Assembly (NCBI GenBank): GCA_964492195.1
Contig: CAZBJL010000004.1
Span: forward strand, 3,621 to 67,620
Length of the DNA: 64,000 bases
Direction: 5' to 3'
Origin: an uncultured Candidatus Saccharibacteria bacterium
GTDB taxonomy: Bacteria; Patescibacteriota; Minisyncoccia; Phycocordibacterales; DATGWK01
The notes below the pieces were generated by a model. It did not search any database. It was not told the origin of the DNA and saw only the letters and a program-made list of their open reading frames with translations. The translations under genes were made by a program, and so were the position numbers. Each line of letters begins with the position of its first letter. The stretch's first letter is position 1. Of the stretch, positions 38,079 to 46,821 are shown one piece after another.

Positions 38079-39206
38079 TTAGATTTCGTGTTTCATAGCA
38101 ATTGAAAGGATTTCTTTCGCGATCGCTCGTGCTGCGTCTGGTTTAAAGAAATTTTTTGCTGCAGTTCCCATATTCGCACGTTCGTTTGTATTATCCATAA
38201 TGCGGTCAATTTCGGATGTGAGGATGTGAGACGTCACGTTTGACTCCTCAAGCACCACGCAGGCTTTATTTCTCGCGTACGCATACGCATTTTTTCTTTG
38301 ATGGTCTCCGTGGGATTCGGTGATCGGAATAAGTATCGACGGAAGGCCCCATGACGCGATTTCAAAAATTGCCGAGCCTGCACGCGAAATAACGAGGCTT
38401 GATGCCCCTGCCGCCATTCGGAGACTTAATTCGTTGAGGTAATCAAACGCTTTGTATCGTGAAGCATGTCTGTTGTTGAAAAGAATTGCATCAGCTCGTG
38501 AAGTAATGTCTTCAAAATTATTTTTGCCGGTTTGATGAATAATCTGATATTTCTCTACGAGCTGTGGAAGTGTATCTACAATAATGTTGTTTATCATCTG
38601 GGCACCAAGTGAGCCGCCGAGAACTAAAAGAGTTGGAACATCACGATCAAGTTTCAAAAATTCATGCGCACCTTCAGTGAGAGGCTCGGTAATTTCTTTT
38701 CGAACAGGGTTGCCGGTAACCTGAACTTTTTCTTGCGGAAAGAATTTCCCCGCTTCATCAAAAGAAACTGCAATTCGTTGTGCAAACTTCCCCGCGAATT
38801 TATTTACTCGGCCAGGTACAGTGTCGGACTCATGGATAACGACGGGAATTCTAAAAAAACGTGCAGCAATGAGTACGGGAAAGCTCGCATATCCTCCTTT
38901 GCTGAACACAACATCAGGATAAATTGAAAATACTGTCCAAAGCGCTGTTAAAACTCCCCACCCTGTTTTAAAGAAATCAAAAAAGTTTTTGGAAGAACGG
39001 TAAAGCCGTTTTTTCCCCGCAGAATTTTTTTTGTAAAGGATGTTATTGTCAAACAAAAGCGCCGCATTGTACGGTGTGTCGGAAATATAATAAAGCTGTG
39101 GTGCGAGAAGTCGATATTCTTTTGAAAGTTTTTGGATTTCCTCGGCAACAGAGAGTATTGGATAAAAATGCCCACCCGAACCTCCACCAGTAAAAAGAAT
39201 CTTCAT
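38079..39206 (-). CDS. murG: Lipid I GlcNAc transferase
   Basis: GGGSGGH, KGGYAS, GNPVR, GGSLGA, SRAG and HQRKNA motifs. Confidence 0.96.
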   Translation of the reverse strand: MKILFTGGGSGGHFYPILSVAEEIQKLSKEYRLLAPQLYYISDTPYNAALLFDNNILYKKNSAGKKRLYRSSKNFFDFFKTGWGVLTALWTVFSIYPDVVFSKGGYASFPVLIAARFFRIPVVIHESDTVPGRVNKFAGKFAQRIAVSFDEAGKFFPQEKVQVTGNPVRKEITEPLTEGAHEFLKLDRDVPTLLVLGGSLGAQMINNIIVDTLPQLVEKYQIIHQTGKNNFEDITSRADAILFNNRHASRYKAFDYLNELSLRMAAGASSLVISRAGSAIFEIASWGLPSILIPITESHGDHQRKNAYAYARNKACVVLEESNVTSHILTSEIDRIMDNTNERANMGTAAKNFFKPDAARAIAKEILSIAMKHEI

Positions 39207-39223
39207 GTCTTTGATTATTTAAA

Positions 39224-40330
39224 TTACGTCGTTGTTTTTTGAAAACGGGAAATATTGAGAACGATTCCGGCTTCGGCGAGGGTCATAAAGAGGGCGGTGC
39301 CACCATGACTTACAAAGAGGAGTGGAATCCCCGAAATCGGCAAAAGCCCAACCATTGCGCCAATATTGAAGAATGATTGAGTAACAATCAGTATAACAAT
39401 TCCAAATGCCAGGAGTCCACCAAAGGTGTCGGGCGAATTCATGGCGATTCTCATGCCACGAAACGTAAAAAATAAGTATAAAAATATAAGGGAAACGCCG
39501 CCCACAAAACCGAATTCTTCCGCCATTACGGCAAAGATCGAGTCGCCAATCGGTTCGGGTAAGAAGTTGAACTTCTGGACGCTTTGCCCAAATCCCCGCC
39601 CAAACATTCGTCCTGACCCGATCGCAATTAATGATTGATTGAGTTGGTAACTTGATCCTTGAATGTCGCGAGCGGGATTTATAAATGTTGCAAGACGATC
39701 CCGAATATACGGCCTCGTAAACGCAACAACGGAGAGGCCGATTGCCGCAAGGAGAATAATAAGAAGCAAATGTTTCCATTTTCCCCCGCTTACGACATAC
39801 ATCGAAATAGCCGTACCGCTCAGAATAACGAATGTGTCAGTGTCCGGCTGGCTCAAAAGGATTAAGCCAACAAGGCCGCACAGTAAAATCAAAGGTAAAA
39901 TTCCAAATTTAAAAATCTCCACGTTCTTTTTTACTCCAGAAAGCCAGGCGGCAATGTAGATTAAAAAACCAATTTTCAAAAACTCGGATGTTTGGACCGA
40001 AAACGAACCAATAATGATCCATCGTGATGCGCCACCGTGAGTAAAGCCGATTCCGGGCACAAACACGAGGAGGGTGAGAAGGATTGATAGAAGAAAAATA
40101 TAGAATGCGTACTTTCTCCAGAATAGGTAGTTAATTCGTGAGGTAATGACACATGCAACAGTTCCTAAAAACAAACCAAGAAAAATTTGGGAAAAAGCGA
40201 CGCTCGTAAAGTTGGCTCCCGCGCGAGCAAACAAACCAAGTGATGCGGAAGAGAAAATGAGAAAACCAGTAACAGTCATTACAATGACCGAAGTTAAAAA
40301 CCATCGGTCGAATCGATTTTCTCGTTTCAT
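39224..40330 (-). CDS. ftsW: SEDS peptidoglycan polymerase FtsW
   Basis: GASRWI, QTSEFLK, QPD, YQLNQSLIAIGSG, LPEPIGDSIF and SHGG motifs; between mraY and murG. Confidence 0.9.
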   Translation of the reverse strand: MKRENRFDRWFLTSVIVMTVTGFLIFSSASLGLFARAGANFTSVAFSQIFLGLFLGTVACVITSRINYLFWRKYAFYIFLLSILLTLLVFVPGIGFTHGGASRWIIIGSFSVQTSEFLKIGFLIYIAAWLSGVKKNVEIFKFGILPLILLCGLVGLILLSQPDTDTFVILSGTAISMYVVSGGKWKHLLLIILLAAIGLSVVAFTRPYIRDRLATFINPARDIQGSSYQLNQSLIAIGSGRMFGRGFGQSVQKFNFLPEPIGDSIFAVMAEEFGFVGGVSLIFLYLFFTFRGMRIAMNSPDTFGGLLAFGIVILIVTQSFFNIGAMVGLLPISGIPLLFVSHGGTALFMTLAEAGIVLNISRFQKTTT

Positions 40331-40352
40331 TGTTTTTATTATTGCACACGAA

Positions 40353-41417
40353 TTACCCAATGAGCCCTAAAATCATGCCGGCAACTGCACAGACAACTCC
40401 CAAAATCCAGAATCGCATCGTTACTTTGTAGGCGGGCCAGCCAAGTGCTTCAAAATGATGATGAAGTGGGGCAATAAGAAACACCTTCTTTCCATTACGA
40501 AACTTTTTTGAAGTAATTTGAATAATATTCGAAACCGAAGTCGCAAAAAGCGGCAACGCGATAATCGGAAGTACAAGTAGACCATATCCATCACCGAGTC
40601 TGTCTGTCATAAAGGCAATCACGGCAAGAGTCATCGTAAGACCCATAGTTCCCGTTTCAGACATATAGTAGCGGGCGGGCGGGATATTGAACCACAGAAA
40701 AGCCAGTATTGCCCCCACTATAAGCGCACAGAAGGCCGCTAGATCGATCTGTTGCTGATAGAAGGCAATTCCCCCATAAGCGGCAAAAATGCTCGCAAAA
40801 ATGCCTCCTGCGAGCCCATCAATACCGTCGATAACCCCTCCAGAATAAATAGCCAAACTGACCAACATAAAGAGCGGAATAAAGAAGTATCCGAGCTCGA
40901 TTCCAAATCCATGTGGTAAACCAATCGAAGAAATATCAAGCTTGAAGAAAAACCAGAGACCGCAGAGAAGTCCGACCGTTGCAACAACCATGAGCCGCTT
41001 TTTTAATGAAAGACCGCCTTTTTTAACTGGGTTTTCTCTTACTTCCAAAAAGTCATCGATAAGTCCAATGAATCCACCGATAAAAAGTGCAGAGAGTGGA
41101 ATCCATGTCTGATTTCTACTCAAAAAATCGATCTTTTGTGCATCCGGAAAAATCTGACCAATAAGCCAGAAAAGAATAATCGTTGCTCCTGCTGAAAGCC
41201 AAATAACCGAGCCACCCATTCGAGGCACCTTCACTTCCCTTTCTTTGTGGAGTTCATTAAAAAGCGGAGTAGCTTTTCCGGAAAGATCTATCTTCCCCGC
41301 CTGCTTTTTCCACATTCTGTATTTGTAGAGTTGCGCGGTAAGAATTGGGGTGATGAGAATACCACTTGCAAATGCGAGCACCGACGGCAGAGAAACTTTT
41401 ACGATATCGATAATCAT
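40353..41417 (-). CDS. mraY: Phospho-MurNAc-pentapeptide transferase
   Basis: PRMGG, GLIDD, DGIDGL, FLWFN.PPA and APLHHHFE motifs. Confidence 0.93.
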   Translation of the reverse strand: MIIDIVKVSLPSVLAFASGILITPILTAQLYKYRMWKKQAGKIDLSGKATPLFNELHKEREVKVPRMGGSVIWLSAGATIILFWLIGQIFPDAQKIDFLSRNQTWIPLSALFIGGFIGLIDDFLEVRENPVKKGGLSLKKRLMVVATVGLLCGLWFFFKLDISSIGLPHGFGIELGYFFIPLFMLVSLAIYSGGVIDGIDGLAGGIFASIFAAYGGIAFYQQQIDLAAFCALIVGAILAFLWFNIPPARYYMSETGTMGLTMTLAVIAFMTDRLGDGYGLLVLPIIALPLFATSVSNIIQITSKKFRNGKKVFLIAPLHHHFEALGWPAYKVTMRFWILGVVCAVAGMILGLIG

Positions 41418-41434
41418 GTAGGTATTATAGTGTC

Positions 41435-42397
41435 TTATTTACCAATCATTGCAATTGTTGCATCGATAAGTTTTTGAATGTCGGTGAAGCGTCCGTCGTA
41501 CGTAGAACCAATCACGACCGCGACGTATGGGCCTTCGAGTCCCGGTGAAAACGCGACAATTAAATTGCCTCCAGCCAAATCGGTAAAGCCGGTTTTCGAA
41601 CCAATGATACCAGGCACTGTTTCAACAGACGTATTTGTATTTTTAATATTATGAACACCGCTCTTTTCAGAAACAATTTCAAGTTTTGAATGAGTAGTTG
41701 GTTCGAGAAGATCAGGATGGTTTTGTAAAATGTAATCCATGAGAACTGCCATGTCTTTGGCGTCACCGTACGCACCGCTCTTTTCGGTATTCAAATCAAG
41801 ACCGCTGTCATTATAGAAATTAACCGATGCAAGACCGATCTTTTGAGCGCGATCGTTCATGTACTGGACGAAGAGTTCTTTTGGATCAGCAGCCTTGTTT
41901 CTCATGAGGAATGAACCTGCGGCGGAAGCGATTACGTTTGCTCCAGCATTTGATGAAGTAATGAGCGTATGAGAAATGAGGTCTTTTGTCGTCCAGTTGT
42001 CATTGACTTGGAGTTGTGAGTCATTTGCGTCCAAAAGATATTCTTTTGCGATGCGGATAGTCGAATGTTGTGGAAGGAGCTCTGTTGCGGCAAGTGCGGT
42101 CATAAGTTTTGTAAGAGATGCAAGAGGCAGAATCTCATTTCCATTTCTTTGATATATAAAATTTCTATTTCGAACATCCCACACCACAGCTGCCCGCGCA
42201 GAAAGTGTAAGTGTGTCAAACGGTGTACTTGTGGCTGCGGGGTGGTTTATAACGACAGGACGAGTAATGTCGTCAGTTTTTTTATATGGATTTTGTGAAA
42301 AAGAAAAGAGATAGAAAATTACGACAATAACAACACCGACTACGCCGATGGCAATAAAAACTTTATCATTCTTGTTTTGTATTTCAGAGTTGTCCAT
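41435..42397 (-). CDS. D-Ala-D-Ala carboxypeptidase (S11)
   Basis: ASLTK (SxxK), SSN and KTGFT motifs; N-terminal TM. Confidence 0.9.
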   Translation of the reverse strand: MDNSEIQNKNDKVFIAIGVVGVVIVVIFYLFSFSQNPYKKTDDITRPVVINHPAATSTPFDTLTLSARAAVVWDVRNRNFIYQRNGNEILPLASLTKLMTALAATELLPQHSTIRIAKEYLLDANDSQLQVNDNWTTKDLISHTLITSSNAGANVIASAAGSFLMRNKAADPKELFVQYMNDRAQKIGLASVNFYNDSGLDLNTEKSGAYGDAKDMAVLMDYILQNHPDLLEPTTHSKLEIVSEKSGVHNIKNTNTSVETVPGIIGSKTGFTDLAGGNLIVAFSPGLEGPYVAVVIGSTYDGRFTDIQKLIDATIAMIGK

Positions 42398-42938
42398 GTT
42401 CTTCTTTTGAAACTGTCTCGCCCATCATGAAGTTTTTTAGATCATTTTGAATGTTCCCAAATTCTGGCAATTCTTCGATCTTTGTAATTCCAACATGAGC
42501 TAAAAGTTCAAACGTCGGTTTATACATAAAACTTCGAGCGTCTTTACTCTCTACTCGTTCAATGAGTCCGCGAACCATGAGGTTCCTTACAATATAACTC
42601 GAATTCACTCCTCTGATGTAATCGATATCGCGTTTAGAAATTGGTCCTTTGTAAATAACAAGAGACAAAACTTCTGTAGCCGATTTGGTCAAATCCTGTG
42701 CGAGCTCTTCTTTCGTCAGTTTTTTGATGATGTCGTTTGCGTTTGGAGACGTGTACAGCATGAACTCATCTCCGTTTCGTACGACCACAAGTCCTCTTCC
42801 TTCAAGATTTTTTTCAAGTGCAGAGATTGAGGTTTCGATAGTTACAGCATCTGTTTCAAAAAAATGAGTGAGTTCTTTCATGCTCACCGGTTCACCTTTC
42901 CAAAAAAGCAATGCTTCGATTTTTGATTCAAGAGACAT
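42384..42938 (-). CDS. scpB: SMC-Scp subunit ScpB
   Basis: IEALLF, LTKSATEVL and IDYIRGVNS motifs. Confidence 0.93.
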   Translation of the reverse strand: MSLESKIEALLFWKGEPVSMKELTHFFETDAVTIETSISALEKNLEGRGLVVVRNGDEFMLYTSPNANDIIKKLTKEELAQDLTKSATEVLSLVIYKGPISKRDIDYIRGVNSSYIVRNLMVRGLIERVESKDARSFMYKPTFELLAHVGITKIEELPEFGNIQNDLKNFMMGETVSKEEHGQL

Positions 42939-42949
42939 CTTTTTACGCG

Positions 42950-43672
42950 TTAACTATATTTAGGAACACCAACATTTTCTGTTTCGATGTCGATTTCACC
43001 AAATGACCCTCTTTGTTCAACTCGAACAACTCCGCGTCTCACAAGTTCGAGAAGCGCCAGAAACCCAACTATAACATTAATTTTTTCAGCTTTCCCGCCG
43101 TTCGCAAAATCTTTAAAGTTCATTTTTAAATTCTGTTCAACTCTTTTTGTGAGACGTTCAATCATTTCTTCAAGACTTACGACTTTCTGCACAATTACTT
43201 TCGGGAGATTTTCTGTTTTAGGAATTTGTGCAATGATTTTCTGCATTGCGGCAACGATGCTCATCTGTGAAATTTTTCCAGGAGAAAAAACTGTTTCCAT
43301 AAAATCTCTTTTTTGTGGAGCGTGGAGTATGGTTTCACCGAATCTTTTTTGAAGTTCTACACCTGCATCCCGAATTTTTTTATACACAGCTAGTCTCATT
43401 TCAAGAGATTTAATGTCACCTTGTTCTTCTTGTGTGAGTTCAAGGGTCGGTAAAAGTGATTTTGATTTTATAAGAAGGAGCGTTGCAGCAACTAAAATAA
43501 AATGAGCACTTTCACCCATTGGAAATTTTTCCTGTGATTCAATATAGCCAATAAAATCATCGGTAACTTTTGCAAGGGAGATTTCGTTTACGAGAAGTTT
43601 CCGCTGCTCAATAAGGTCGAGCAACAGGTTAAACGGCCCTTCAAAATGTTCAGTCTTAACTTCAAAGCCCAT
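42950..43672 (-). CDS. scpA: SMC-Scp kleisin ScpA
   Basis: FEGPFNLLLDLI, IKSKSLLP and FLALLEL motifs. Confidence 0.93.
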   Translation of the reverse strand: MGFEVKTEHFEGPFNLLLDLIEQRKLLVNEISLAKVTDDFIGYIESQEKFPMGESAHFILVAATLLLIKSKSLLPTLELTQEEQGDIKSLEMRLAVYKKIRDAGVELQKRFGETILHAPQKRDFMETVFSPGKISQMSIVAAMQKIIAQIPKTENLPKVIVQKVVSLEEMIERLTKRVEQNLKMNFKDFANGGKAEKINVIVGFLALLELVRRGVVRVEQRGSFGEIDIETENVGVPKYS

Positions 43673-43683
43673 GTGTTTTCGAT

Positions 43684-44661
43684 TTATATAGAAATACCAA
43701 TCGCCTCTTTTACCGCAGCCATTTTCTTTTCAGAAACAGTTTGAGCGTGTTCTGCTCCAGCCTTAAGAAACTCCACGATTGATTCAGGATCAGATTCAAC
43801 TTCTGCCTTTCTTTTTCGGAATGGAGTAACAAAACGAGAAATATGTTCTGCTAAAAGCTCTTTCGATTCTTTATAGCCAATTTTTCCACCAATATATTTT
43901 TCTCGAAGATCAGCGAGTTCGTCTTTGTCTGCAAACAGTGTGTGAAGTGCAAAAACTTTGCAGGTGTCTGGGTCTTTTGGTTCGGTAACACCTTTCGAGT
44001 CTGTTGGAATTTTCATTACTGCTGTTTTGATTTCAGCATCAGTATCAAAAATACCAATCGTATTGTTGTAGCTTTTACTCATTTTTTGGCCGTCTGTACC
44101 GGGAACTACGCCGACTTCTTCAAGAATAAGCGGTTCGGGAAGTTTAAAAACATCACTAAACGTATGATTAAATTTTTGCGCTGTGTCACGAGTAATTTCA
44201 ACGTGCTGTTTTTGGTCATGCCCCACTGGGACAACATCCGCGTCGTATAACAAAATATCTGCAGCCATAAGAAGTGGGTATCCAAAAACTCCCGCATTGA
44301 TTTCTTTGTTTTTCGCTTCAGCATCTTTGAAAGCATGTGCGCGCATAAGGTATGGCATCGTTGTGATGCAATTGAAAATCCATGCGAGTTCCGTATGAGC
44401 CGGCACTGCAGACTGCACAAAAATAGTCGTTTTTTTAGGATCCAGACCAAGGGCCACGTATGAAGCCGCAATATCAAGAATGTTCTTCCTCATTTCCTCT
44501 GCATTATAGAGAGAGGTAAGCGCATGAAGATCAGCGATAAATACAAAAGATTCATGAGAATTACTCAGATCTATAAATTGCTTGATCGCGCCAAAATAAT
44601 TACCAATATGAAGCCGGCCAGTCGGTTTAATTCCAGAAACGAGGGTTTTTGTGTGTGACAT
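43684..44661 (-). CDS. trpS: Tryptophan--tRNA ligase
   Basis: SGIKPTG.LHIGNY, YPLLMAADIL, VPVG.DQ.QH and KMSKS motifs. Start ATG 44661. Confidence 0.97.
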   Translation of the reverse strand: MSHTKTLVSGIKPTGRLHIGNYFGAIKQFIDLSNSHESFVFIADLHALTSLYNAEEMRKNILDIAASYVALGLDPKKTTIFVQSAVPAHTELAWIFNCITTMPYLMRAHAFKDAEAKNKEINAGVFGYPLLMAADILLYDADVVPVGHDQKQHVEITRDTAQKFNHTFSDVFKLPEPLILEEVGVVPGTDGQKMSKSYNNTIGIFDTDAEIKTAVMKIPTDSKGVTEPKDPDTCKVFALHTLFADKDELADLREKYIGGKIGYKESKELLAEHISRFVTPFRKRKAEVESDPESIVEFLKAGAEHAQTVSEKKMAAVKEAIGISI

Positions 44662-44816
44662 GTTGGAATAATACCAGGAAAATTGGCTTGGGCGAAGGGT
44701 AAAAGAAAACCCCGAAGCCAATGAACGGAACATCATTGACCTTTTTAAATTATTCAGCATAATTATCGGGGATTATTCAAGACGCTCTTTTGTAACAACA
44801 CTGAAAAGGAAACACA

Positions 44817-45218
44817 ATGTCGCCCAAGGAAATCGTCGCTCGGCTTGCTTTCGGTACCTGCCTGCTCGACGGAATGGCTATCGAAATCCATGAAAGCGTT
44901 GAACTTGTGAGGAGTTTGAGTGGAATAAGAAACTTGGTTGAAAGCCCACTCGAATTCCAAAATGGCTTGTACAAGTGGCGGGTGTCTTCTAATTCAGCTA
45001 CATGCTTGATACAGGAAGGTGACACCTGGGTGGTGATATTCACTGACGGCAACAGTTCACCACTTAATCAAGGTTCCGTACTTGAAAGGGAGAACATCAT
45101 CAAGGTTCACGAAGCTCTTGATTGTTTCGTAGAAGGAATGCTCCAGAAATTTCCAGACCTTGAAAAGAAATGGGCACACATTCTCGAGGCTTCTACTTAC
45201 CAGGCATGTGTATTCTAG
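44817..45218 (+). CDS. Hypothetical protein (orphan, self-contained transcription unit)
   Basis: 133 aa; TTGACC..CATAAT promoter (44736-44763), AAGGA SD, own terminator. Confidence 0.7.
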   Translation: MSPKEIVARLAFGTCLLDGMAIEIHESVELVRSLSGIRNLVESPLEFQNGLYKWRVSSNSATCLIQEGDTWVVIFTDGNSSPLNQGSVLERENIIKVHEALDCFVEGMLQKFPDLEKKWAHILEASTYQACVF

Positions 45219-45240
45219 GGACAATAGTAGAAATTTATTT

Positions 45241-45270
45241 AAAAACCGCGGCCAGATTGGCAGCGGTTTT
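45241..45270 (+). terminator. Terminator after the first orphan gene
   Basis: AAAACCGC...GCGGTTTT stem with inner GCCA/TGGC. Confidence 0.7.
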
Positions 45271-45273
45271 CTA

Positions 45274-45302
45274 TTGACATTTTAAGTATTAGGGTGTATA
45301 AT
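45274..45302 (+). promoter_or_regulatory. Consensus sigma70 promoter
   Basis: TTGACA, 17 nt, TATAAT. Confidence 0.9.
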
Positions 45303-45405
45303 TTTATATAGGAAATTCCTATTCGTATGGATAGGTCGCCCGCAAGGGAGAAGAAGGTTGATTCCCTACCTTAGCCAATGGGATGGACTTAGTTTGGAGA
45401 TTCAA

Positions 45406-45687
45406 ATGCGTCTAAACATTAAGCTCGGCCCGCCCACCTTCGGAATGTCAGTTTCCTTGTTTCATGGAGACAGTTCGAAACGCATTCCTGTGAAGTTTAC
45501 GCTTGAGAATGGTCTTGAGATCGATGTCATAATTGATGGTGTGGATCGGGAAAGCGGAAATGGTGAGTCCTGGTTATTTAGAGGGTGGTGTGAGATGAGC
45601 GACACACACATCGGAAAGGTAAGCGGGTATTTCAATACCCGCACAAGAACTGGCTGTATCGAAGAACCGATTCCGGTGCTCAGGTAG
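45406..45687 (+). CDS. Hypothetical beta-rich protein (orphan, SD-led)
   Basis: 93 aa from ATG 45406 preceded by GGAG; contains RESGNGESWLFRG and GYFNTRTRTG. Confidence 0.7.
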   Translation: MRLNIKLGPPTFGMSVSLFHGDSSKRIPVKFTLENGLEIDVIIDGVDRESGNGESWLFRGWCEMSDTHIGKVSGYFNTRTRTGCIEEPIPVLR

Positions 45688-45701
45688 ATAGAGATTTCGG
45701 G

Positions 45702-45728
45702 GCCCCCACCAAGACGTGGGGGCTTTTG
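45702..45728. terminator. Terminator between the orphan gene and dnaJ
   Basis: GCCCCCAC-CAAGAC-GTGGGGGC-TTTT. Confidence 0.8.
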
Positions 45729-45745
45729 TATTATTTATACAAAAA

Positions 45746-46810
45746 CTAAATCCCCTCTTTTTTTAATTCCTCAACTTTCTTTTTTGCTTCACGGGAAAGA
45801 GATTTTGGTAGTTCGATGATAATGCGAACCATAATGTCGCCTCGTTTTTTATTTTCATCTGGCACACCCTTGCCTTTGATGCGGAGTACTTCACCAAAAG
45901 AAATATTTGCTGGAATTTTTACCGCTATGTCCCCATCAAGTGTTTTGAGAGTATATTCCCCGCCCAATAGAGCGTCGGAAAGTTTAATCTTGAGATCGGT
46001 AATGAGGTTGAGTCCCTCTTTTCGGAAAAGTGGATGTTTTTTAACATGGACTTTTATGTACAAATCTCCTGACGTTCCGCCGGAAACACTTTCACCTGCT
46101 CCGGTAAGGCGGATCATTTCTCCATCTTCGATTCCAGAAGGAATTTTGACATTGATCTCACTTTCGCGGCGATTTACACCAGCACCATTACAAGTTTTAC
46201 ATTTTTCATCAGGTACTTTGCCTTGGCCGTGACAGGTTGCACAGGTTCGTTCTGTAGCAAATGAACCGAGAATTGTGCCCCGAACTTCACGAATCTTTCC
46301 TTTACCGTTACATGTTTTGCAGGTAGAAAGTTTGGTACCAGGCGCACCTCCAGAACCTGCACAGGTTTGGCACGTAGACGTTTTGTTGAGAAGAATTTTT
46401 CGACTAATTCCGAAAACCGCTTCCTCAAACGTTAACTCAATATCAATCGAAATGTCTCGCCCACGTTTTGTTTGGCTCGATCTGCCTCCACCAAAAAAAT
46501 CTGAAAAAATATCTCCGAAATTAAAGTCACCATTTCCACCCTGTGTGAACTGAGAAAAATCAAAACCTTCAAAGCCCCCAGCACCTGGTCTTTCACCGTC
46601 GTTAAACACACGTCCATACGCATCGTATTCTGAACGTTTTTTGTCATCAAAAAGGACCGTGTATGCTTCGTTTACTTCTTTAAACTTAGCTTCGTCACCG
46701 CCTTTTTTGTCCGGGTGATATTTGTGCGCTAACGTTCTGAAGGCCTTTTTTACCTCATCTTTAGTAGCACTTTTTTCAACACCGAGGATTTTGTAATAAT
46801 CTTTCGCCAT
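45746..46810 (-). CDS. dnaJ: Chaperone DnaJ
   Basis: J domain HPD, G/F region and four CxxCxGxG repeats. Confidence 0.97.
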   Translation of the reverse strand: MAKDYYKILGVEKSATKDEVKKAFRTLAHKYHPDKKGGDEAKFKEVNEAYTVLFDDKKRSEYDAYGRVFNDGERPGAGGFEGFDFSQFTQGGNGDFNFGDIFSDFFGGGRSSQTKRGRDISIDIELTFEEAVFGISRKILLNKTSTCQTCAGSGGAPGTKLSTCKTCNGKGKIREVRGTILGSFATERTCATCHGQGKVPDEKCKTCNGAGVNRRESEINVKIPSGIEDGEMIRLTGAGESVSGGTSGDLYIKVHVKKHPLFRKEGLNLITDLKIKLSDALLGGEYTLKTLDGDIAVKIPANISFGEVLRIKGKGVPDENKKRGDIMVRIIIELPKSLSREAKKKVEELKKEGI

Positions 46811-46821
46811 AAGTAGGTGCA

